Positions 55,039 through 64,000 of a stretch of 64,000 nucleotides of DNA are shown here, in pieces. Below the pieces are notes generated by a model that saw nothing but the letters and a program-made list of their open reading frames with translations, was not told the origin of the DNA and searched no databases. The stretch comes from Octopus vulgaris. Taxonomy: Eukaryota. The stretch is taken from assembly GCA_951406725.2 (NCBI GenBank), contig OX597814.1, positions 153,946,001 to 154,010,000 of the forward strand, given 5' to 3'. The position numbers were made by a program, and so were the translations under genes. Within the stretch, counting starts at the first letter, position 1. Every line of letters starts with the position of its first letter.

Positions 55039-55073
55039 TGATGACCCCGACATGATACGAACACGCAGCCTTC
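55039..55073 (+). other. Extended tRNA-Trp primer-binding sequence (35 nt)
   Basis: tgAtgaccccgacAtgatAcgaacacgcagccttc versus metazoan tRNA-Trp complement TGGTGACCCCGACGTGATTCGAACACGCAGCCTTC (recalled consensus). Confidence 0.85.
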
Positions 55074-55129
55074 AGTGAAATTGACTGCTTATTTATTTGT
55101 TTTTACCTGTACCTTTTTGTAAATGATGT

Positions 55130-55395
55130 AAAAGCACCTGTGCTGGTGTCACATAAAAGTGTCCATGCCAATGCCAAGTAAAAGTGCCAGTGCCAGTGTC
55201 ACATAAAAGTGCTCATGCTGGTTCCACTTACAAAATATCCAGTATACTCTGTAAAGTGGTTGGCATTTGGAAGGGCATCCAGCTGTAGGAACTATGCCAA
55301 AACAGATAATTGGAAACTGGGCAGCTCTCCAGCTCTTGTAAAACCATCCAACCCATGCCAGCATGAAAAATGAACGTTAAATGATGATGTTGATG
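55130..55395 (+). mobile_element. RTE 3' UTR copy
   Basis: Shared UTR and gat tail. Confidence 0.82.
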
Positions 55396-55953
55396 AGATA
55401 TGAAAGTTCTGTCACTTTAGCATAGTTAAACAGGGAGACCTCTGTCAGACAATTACTTCTCAAGCCAACAGAAGAGCCTCTCTACATAGTCATCCAAAAT
55501 GCTAGAAAAAGCTGCTAGCTCAAACCACATGTTACAATCTTGAAAATAAGAAACATAATGCAATTAAAAATGGTGCCATCCTAAATATGCAACAATTGGA
55601 GTAACCTCTATACAATCCAATGTATCTGAATACAGTGGAATGTATAAGAGAAAGTGGTCACAGAAGATGTCTTTTATCATAGGTATAGATGATAAAGGCT
55701 GACCTTGGGCTAAACAGTATCAATCACCTCTTCAATAATTCACTTTCACCTCTCCCAATTCTTACTCTTTTTCCTCAGTTTTTTTTTTTCTCTGTCGAAA
55801 CCTCACACAAGTACCACTACAACCACAACACACACTCAATGAATTAACTAGTTGTGTGAGGCATAGCTATGTAGTAAAATGTTTGCTTCCCAACCACATA
55901 GTTCTGGGTTCAGTCCCACTGTGTGGAATCTTGGGAATGTGTCTTCTACTATA

Positions 55954-56181
55954 TATTTCTTTATTGCCTACAAGGGGCAAAACATAGAGGGGACAAACAA
56001 GGACAGACAAAGGGATTAAGTCGATTACATCGACCCCAGTACGTAACTGGTACTTTATTTATCAACCCTGAAAGGATGAAAGGCAAAGTCGACCTCGGCG
56101 GAATTTGAACTCAGAACGTAATGACAGATGAAATACTAAGCATTTTGCCTGGCACACTAACATGTCTGCCAGCTCGCCACC
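55954..56181 (-). mobile_element. Deu/Nin SINE nested with 18-bp TSD
   Basis: TSD aatgtRtcttctactata at 55936-55953 and 56218-56235. Confidence 0.9.
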
Positions 56182-56296
56182 ATTGAAACTGATGTGACCC
56201 CGACATGATACAAACACAATGTATCTTCTACTATAGCCTCAAGCCAACCAAAGCCTTGAGAGTGGATTTGATAGAAAGAAACTAAAAGAAGCCCAA

Positions 56297-56333
<37 letters not shown>

Positions 56334-56422
56334 TTTGTCTTCACCACCACTAGACAACCAATGCTGGTGTGTTTATGTCCTCGTAACTTAGGAGTTTGGC
56401 AAAACAGTCTGGTACAATAGAT

Positions 56423-56719
56423 TGTTTGTTTCTTCTTGAGCAACACCTGGCTCATTAGGGCCGGTTTCCCAGTTTCCTTGGTGTATAGGTTCCCCACCTG
56501 GACAGGACATCAGTCCATCGCAGGTGAGCTGCAAGATGCAGGAGGAAAGAGTGAGAGAAAGTTGTGGCAAAAGAGTCAAAAGAAGTTCGCTATTAGCTTC
56601 TGCTGGAGCCATGTGTAGCTTAGGTGTTTCATAAACACACACATTGCCCAGTCTGAGATTCGAACCCACGATCTCTCGACCACAAGTCTACTGCTCTAAC
56701 CACTAGGCCATGTGCCTCC
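56423..56719 (-). mobile_element. tRNA-derived V/Meta-like SINE nested with 13-bp TSD
   Basis: TSD tggtacaatagat (56410-56422, 56720-56732); head tggcctagtggttagagc...ggttcgaatc; ctgcgatggact core. Confidence 0.88.
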
Positions 56720-57008
56720 ATGGTACAATAGATACCAGGCTTTAAAAAAATCAGTGCTGGGGTCGATTGATTCGGCTAAAATATTCTTCAAGGTTGTACC
56801 CCAGCATGACCACAGTCTAATGACTGAAACAAGTAAAAGAAAATGATAAAAATGCTAACCATTGTCCAAGTCTTCTAAGCCAATTATATACATTCACACT
56901 ACTACTGCTATAATCTAATAATCTTCAAATAGCTCACCAGAGTTGTTGTTTAGCTATAGGTCAGCCTTGATCATCCTAGCACTTGAGTAAAGGCATTTTG
57001 GGGGTATG

Positions 57009-57255
57009 TCGAGGTACAACGCTTAGTGGTTAGTGTGTCAGCATCATGATCGTAAGATTGTGGTTTCAATTCCTGGACTGGGCAATGCGTTGTGTCCTTG
57101 AGTAAAACACTGCATTTCACATTGCTCCAGTCCACTCAGCTAGCAAAAATGAGTAACACTGTGATGGACTGGGGAACACATACGCCATTGAAACCGGGAA
57201 ACCGGGCCCATGAGCCTGGCTGGGCTTTAAAAGGGTGCATTTATTTTTTTATTTT
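57009..57255 (+). mobile_element. Meta-domain-like tRNA-SINE
   Basis: ccttgagtaaaacact...ttgctccagtccactcagct core; degenerate TSD attttRgggNtatg. Confidence 0.8.
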
Positions 57256-58636
57256 ATTTTAGGGCTATGCAGGACAACATTGTCCAGTGTGTTATTTTTC
57301 TCTTTTTTAAGGTAAAGATGTAATCTAAGGGAAATTTGACAGGTTGCTAATTCTAGCAAACTGAACAAACACTCAGAGAAGTACTCTCTCATTGCTTCAT
57401 GATTTACCAGAGTTTATGCCACTGTGAAACTGGCAAAATACCCGAAATTAACTGTTCTACTTTCATACTACCATTTTTATTCTTTAGTTTATAAAAGCTT
57501 AAAATGATTAACTGAATTATGAAAATAAATTTTCATTTTTGTATTCAGTTTACAAGATTCTTGATGTGAACGCGTGTGTTAAAACATATTTTGTTTTATC
57601 TTGGGAGGGTCCTTTTGACAATAATAAATATAAACTGGTTCTATTTCACTTCTTCATTTTCCATTTGTCAATTGGTTAATCATTTAACCAATTAACTAAT
57701 CAATTGTTTGATTAAACATTCAGTCAATAAATCTGTCAGATGGGTTTGTCAAAGCCCTTTATTTGCCATTTGCAACTTTATCAATGACATGTCCTTTCTG
57801 CTCCAGGTCTTTTTCAGTTCTATCTGTCTGTCTCCTAGTTTACAGGTTCTGTATTTATATGGTTGTGAGAATGTATGAGAGAGAGAGAGAAAGAAAAAGA
57901 GGAGAGAGAGTGTGTGTGTATGTATTTACCAAATCATGAATTTATTTTTTATTAACGCAAAATAAAAGAAACCTTAATGGAAATAAGTTTGTAGATACTC
58001 ACGCGACACAACTTCAAGGTTATCATTGATAAATTACAGGTAATACAGTTTATCCAACTAAATATATATAGCTATGAGAACTATGTCTCCTTCACAGACT
58101 ATTAAATATACAGCAAAAATTGCTGCTAATATATAATTTTAGAAAAATGAAAGAAAATCTGTTTGGTGAACTGTCTGTTAAAGAGTACTTTGCAAAATCA
58201 AAAGAAATAGCAGAAGTACTGATATCGCTTCTTAAAGAAGTCTTTAATCAAATGGACTTTTATCCAAGTGACCTTTGTGTGGTAAAACATTGCTGTTATG
58301 CATTGCAATTCTACATGTCTCTTCTGTAACCACGTTTCATGTCCACACTTTTCATCGATCGATGTCTCTTCAGTATAAACAATCACTTGAGGAACAAATA
58401 ATTCGTTCGTTTATTGGCCACAAGGGCTAACAAAAATCAATTAAAACATATAGGGACAAAACACAGGGCGAAAGTTACAAAGGGTTTTGTCCATTTGAAA
58501 AAGTCTGTGTACCTCCATGCAGGATAACAATGAAATGTAAGTAACAATTAAAACTCCCAATAGGGGGAGGTGCTCCGAAAAGTTACTCATGGAAAAACCC
58601 ATAAAAGCCACAGGAGCCTGGTCAAGAGGTGGGTAG

Positions 58637-58985
58637 AGAGCTGGATGAATAGTTAAGAAGCTCATTTTGCATTCATGTGGTTTCAGGTTCAGTCCCATAG
58701 AGCAGCACCTCAGGCAATGTCTTCTACAATAGCCATCAGAAATTGTGAGAAAGCCTGTCACACACGTGCATGCATGCACATGTGTGTCTTTGTGTCTGTC
58801 CTGCACCACCGCTTGACAAGTAGCGTTGTTTTGTTTATGTCCATGTAAGCTAGCAGTTTGGCAAAAGAGACTGACAGAATAAGCATCACACTTAAAAATA
58901 AGTACTGAAGTCAATTTGTTTGATTAAAACCCTTCAAGGCAATGCTCCAGCTTGGTTGCAGTTGAGTAAGTAAACCAAAAGATAA
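58637..58985 (+). mobile_element. Diverged MER6-like SINE
   Basis: Colinear with family copies, internal deletion. Confidence 0.78.
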
Positions 58986-59050
58986 ATATCAAAAAGTCTA
59001 ACAAAATCAAAGAGATGAAGCAAGACGGAGACAGAAAGAGACAGAAATAG

Positions 59051-59134
<84 letters not shown>

Positions 59135-60128
59135 GATAGGAATATCCTTAGATATACAACTCGGGAAGTTTTAACATTTCACCATGGTGATATGTTAGCA
59201 GCCATACCAAAGCATTAAAAAGATATTCAAACTTGTAAAGCTCAAAAGTTTTCCAGAAAATAAAATAGTTTCAAGAAATTGAAAAAAAAATAAAATAGAA
59301 TAGAAACAGATAATAACTGGAGGGGAATGACACCTACACAACCTGACTAAGTATAACCAAATCAAAACAAACCGAGCCCCAGACAGAATCAAATGCTACT
59401 GGGAATCCAGTAAAAGTGTAGCATAGAGAGGCAACAGTGCTGACTATGTTTTCCCGAGCCAACATGGGAATCGCTGATTACTCAATACATTAGAAATAGC
59501 TGCCAAATCTCCCTCAAATTGTACCCTACTGTCTTTAAAAGGGGATAAGAAATAGATAAAGTAATCGCTGTAAACGTCTGAATATGTAAACGAATTATAA
59601 GGACAAGATGATCACAACTGGATCCCCTTTGATATAAGGTTAGACAACACGTTTGATACAAGATCAACTTTTATTTAGTGGGAGAATACAGCCGAAAATT
59701 CATATACAATAGGGTCGAAGAGTGTGCCAAACACTTTATGTTCCATCCAAAACCCCTTTCGTTTTTTCGTTTTTGACTTTTTACGTTTCTTTTTTTTTAT
59801 TGCAGTTATATTACAAAATAATGCTAAAAAAAAGAATCACACTCTCAAATGTTAAAAAGATAAACGTAAACATTTTTTTTCTAAAAGTAGTCAAAATTTT
59901 AAAATTACAGAAGGAGTGAGGGGTAAAATCTCCCCAGCCATGTTTCTTTCTTTCTTATATACTGGAATGGGTGTAAAACAATGTGTAGGAAACGAATATG
60001 CAAAAAAAATGCAAGCAAAGCAACGGGAGGGTGGGGAGAGGACTTCGGAAAATTCACAAGATCCAAGTTTTTCCCTCATAACTTTTAGGAAAATGGGGTT
60101 TTTTCCATGAAATTTTATAGAAATACCA

Positions 60129-60740
60129 GGATCTTTTCCTTTTGAAGGCCAGATTTCAACACAATTTCTAGTTAACTAAACACTTTAAAACTTCGTATAC
60201 TGGTAGAATGGGTCAAAAGAAAACATTATTTTCACTTGGCTTTCTTGATAAATTTGTAATTCGTTTGTTTAACATAGTTTAATTTTTCGAATTTTAACCA
60301 ATCATATGCTCTCTTTCGAGCTAAAATCATTTGCTGCGTCTAAAACTGAGACAACATCCTGTAACTAACCCTCACCCTCCCCCTAACCCTAATTTTTTTT
60401 TCTTAATTGTTAAATTAATTTAATTGTTACGCGTGTAAAAAAATCTAAAGCAATGGAAAATAATTTAAACAATTAACATTCAAAACAATTCTATAATTTT
60501 ATACACACGCTTTCTGTATACAGTTTTAAACGCAGCAAATGATTTTAGCTCAAAAGGGAGCATAGGATTGGTTAAAATTCGAAAAATTGAACTACGTTAA
60601 ACAAACGAAATACAAATTTATCAAGAAAGCCAAGTGAAAAAAATGTTTTCTTTTGACACATTCTACCAGTATACGAAGTTTTAAAGTGTTTAGTTAACTA
60701 GAAATTGTGTTGAAATCTGGCCTTCAAAAGGAAAAGATCC
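60129..60740. mobile_element. MITE with ~220-bp TIRs and 9-bp TSD (Mutator- or Merlin-like)
   Basis: ggatcttttccttttgaaggcc...ggccttcaaaaggaaaagatcc; TSD gaaatacca at 60120-60128 and 60741-60749. Confidence 0.93.
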
Positions 60741-61398
60741 GAAATACCATTCAAACGGCATACATTACGATTATAAAGAAACTTGTCGGGAAAATCTTTT
60801 TCAAGGGGGTGGAGAGAGGACTTCAGAAAATTCACAAGAATAAATAGGCACTTATTTACATCCTAAAAATGAAAAGTTGACTTCTGCAAAAGAACTAACT
60901 AGGCATTATAACACATTTTGTCTACCGTTCTACGATTTTGATGGACATCAATTTCTCTAGCACCTACAATAGTATCGATGCCAATTTCTAAAATACATAT
61001 AAGGCAACAGATTTTAAAGGACACGATCACACTCCATTAAAATGACTCGATTACATCACTAGTACTTATTTTATTAACTCTGGATGGATGAAAATCAAAA
61101 TCGACATCTGCGGGATTTGAACTCAAAGTAAAGTTTCGTAACTAAGAACATCCCGGCAGTTCGTCCCGACACTTAACGTTTCTGCCATCCACAGATCAGA
61201 TACATTGAAAGGAAATCGTCACTGAAAGCAATTTTGTCAATGTTTGAGTAAGTTCGGCAATAAACGTATGGTAGAACCACATCTAAAATATGACATGATC
61301 AATTATTCAGCAGAAATGAAGAGTTAGTGTAGTTCAGCCACTTATGACTCACTGAAAGCTATCTAGACGGTTTTCAGTTTACATATATATACATATAC

Positions 61399-61460
<62 letters not shown>

Positions 61461-63516
61461 TCACGAAAGCCTTATTACTTTGAGTGAGTTCGGCGGTTGT
61501 AATCTACAATCGACTATACATCTAACCCCCAGAACAAAATTGGTTTTCTGTCAAGTCAAACATAAATTATTGTTTTCATTTTGCCGCTAATGCATTTGAG
61601 AAATGTATGAACATTAAAAATCCTTGTTTCCTTTCCTTCCCTTTATAAAATACAAGGAAAATTATTTTCTGTGATAGCAAATGGAGGAAAATCTCTCTTA
61701 GGTCACGATTTGTCAGATAGCTTTGCGGAAAGGAAAACAATAAACCAGTTAAAAAACAATGTGAAAGCGTATCGATATTATTAAAGGCTATTTAGAAAAG
61801 CATTAACATCACACAATCTCATTTTCCTTCCTATTTAATATGCGAAGCCTTATTGTTTAGCCCCAGTTTAACCCTGATCAAGCAGATCTGTGAGCAAACT
61901 TTCAGTTTAGCGGCCTTTTGTTTTTGTTGTTACTTTTTTCCTGAGCTAATTCAAGAGATTTGGCTGCTATTTCAAGAAAATCGGCTGACAATGGTAGAGG
62001 CTTGGTTTATTGTGAGATCTTGTAATTATAAAATTATATAATATTATATAAAATCATTAGTGAAATTAATTACGTTTGGTTTTCATTGGAACCTCTAATA
62101 TATGAATTTGTGTATGATGGGATAATCTATTTGTTTATTAACATCCAGAAAAAAATATTAATAATTTCTCATTTCATCAATAAATTTGATATTTCATGTG
62201 TATGTAATAAAATGATTAATGAAAAAAACATTGAAAAAAACGTAATATTACGATAGCTATCACTATTTGATAAAACTTGTCAGAAAAGTTATGGTGAATT
62301 AATTATTACATAGAGACAAGGTCACAAATTTATAAGAGGTTAAAGTAGATTGGTTTAGCTCTTGTCTTATTTTTGAAAGAGCAATATGAAGTGACACGGT
62401 TACAACTATGATTCGAAATCAGATTTAGATCTCGGCTCATAGCATCAAACTGGGAGAAACGGTCTTAAACACGATCATTTGCGTTATGGTCCTAACTTGG
62501 TTCTTTATTCTACACTCCTAAACTTGAATAAACGATTGCACAAAAGATACTGAAATCAGTTAAAGGATACACAGATGCGGGAATTTGTTCCATTGCCTAA
62601 ACGAGAACAAGTGGAAAGAAAATTTAATAAAAAGAATTATAAACTGGTGGTGGTCTGCATCGGAAATTTTATTATTGGTAATATATGAAGCTATTTAAGC
62701 ACAAATGCTGTTTGGGGGAAAATGTTCTGAGCAGGAGGTAGTTTGTGACATAAATATATTTTCCACACTTTGACAAAGAACTTGATCTGAAACGTCAAGA
62801 TATATTATCCCTCCACAACTGCACGCTAATGAAAGGAAGAATAATATAGTTGAGTCACTATTATATTAGGTCAAACATCACTGTCTTTGTTAGTTATATA
62901 TTTTCTTCTTAAAAAGTGATACATACTGGATAATAATTACTGAAGAATTATTGACTCTTTAGAAAATTTAACTACATTTGTGTTTGTATTGACTTTTTTT
63001 TCATCTTTTGAGTTTACAGCCGTAATGTAGAGGATTGGAAATTCCTATAGTATAGCCTCGGAAATAATTTAATATGCCAAAAATCGTAATTTCTTCGGAT
63101 CTATGTTTTTAAGCAATATAGATCACGAATCCACAAACAATACTGATGCAGGATGGATTTTCCGTAATTTTTCAATTTTAACTTTCTTTTCAAAACATTT
63201 TCTCTTCAAATTCATGTTGATTCTTCAAAATAATGCGTAGCCTAAATCTGAAAGAATTTTCAGAAAAAGTCAGTTATAGGGGTTTAAAGTTTGATCATGT
63301 TCGCCCAGTCAGGAAACAGGACTTGGAAGCTGTCATTTTGCACGTGATTTTGTCCTCAGCATCCTAAAAATAGCACATGTTGTCAATATTTGTATTCTAC
63401 ACGCAGAAAACTAGTAGATAACATGTCTTTTGTAGTTTGAAGCATTCAATATGCATTTAATGCGATAGCACGAACTTAAAAGATTTATCCAAAAACGTTA
63501 TTTAGCTGTTATTTTT

Positions 63517-63890
63517 AGTACCAACTGGATGACGAAGCAAGTTCTCCACACTTATTTCCATAATATAGTTATTATAATCAACAGCTGTGCAATGTTTCAT
63601 CCCCAGTTCTTCAACACAAAACTGGACTGAAGTCAATTCCTTAACCCATGAGTAAAGGAAAAGCACTACGGTCCTAAGAGGAAGGGTACCACCTTCAAAT
63701 CATGTGTTCTTTTTCACTGACACAGGCTTCATGCATTCTCAGTGCGAGCATCGCTAGTACACATTCTCACCACTTCTCTTTGTACTCATAACATGCTTCT
63801 TCCTTTTACATAATTTTCTTTTGGGTATAACACCCATTTTTTTGTAGGTACGATACAGCATCTTCCTTTATTCTTGGTGTCGCCATCATA
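63517..63890 (-). pseudogene. Merlin (IS1595/ISXO2-like) transposase N-terminal pseudogene
   Basis: After a frameshift: MGVIPKRKLC..KHVM...(W)RC...C.KPVSVKKNT(W)FEG..LPL..V.LFLYSW.KELTS..FC.EELGM...TAVDYNNY. Confidence 0.82.
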
Positions 63891-64000
63891 GACACGCAGT
63901 TACCAGAGTTTACTGCTATAATCAAACAGATTGGTAAAATTTTCAGGTGGATAAAACAGTAGAATACAGCCTCAACAAGTGGTTTCGGTATATTTGTCAA

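Larger units (their letters stand above)
55860..56840 (+). mobile_element. MER6-like SINE hosting two nested SINE insertions
   Basis: Host sequence resumes after each TSD. Confidence 0.88.

Noticed and set aside
56650-56719. tRNA gene
   Set aside because: It is the tRNA-derived head of a SINE with TSD; no complete cloverleaf was seen anywhere in the window
58120-58329. Plus-strand 69-aa ORF (MKENLFGELSVKEYF...)
   Set aside because: No recognisable domain and no supporting neighbouring exons; may be antisense of a UTR

Overview
AT-rich, repeat-saturated eukaryotic DNA, not prokaryotic. The SINE and microsatellite repertoire points to an octopus or other coleoid genome (inference). No intact host protein-coding gene is recognisable, and nearly all listed ORFs are microsatellite or repeat artefacts. 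Recognisable content: several RTE-clade LINE fragments (a GC-rich BovB-like piece, a degenerate near-full APE+RT copy, a 5'-inverted copy, a young 5'-truncated copy with a PHD-like finger); many tRNA-derived SINEs (MER6-like, Deu/Nin-domain, V/Meta-like), some nested or arrayed in (AAT)n tracts; two related Gypsy-like LTRs; Penelope-like remnants with a decayed hammerhead; a Tx1-like remnant; mariner, Tc1, Merlin and piggyBac-derived DNA elements; and a 9-bp-TSD MITE. The most notable items are an LTR followed by a 35-nt tRNA-Trp complement with a mismatch at the m1A58 position (and a copy of that tract at a SINE junction 1.15 kb away), several locally templated insertions, foldback elements built from two left ends, and a CpG-depletion boundary near 57-59 kb. 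That boundary suggests most of the window is intron of a minus-strand gene. I see no convincing evidence of a wholly new multi-gene system. All comparisons were made by eye.
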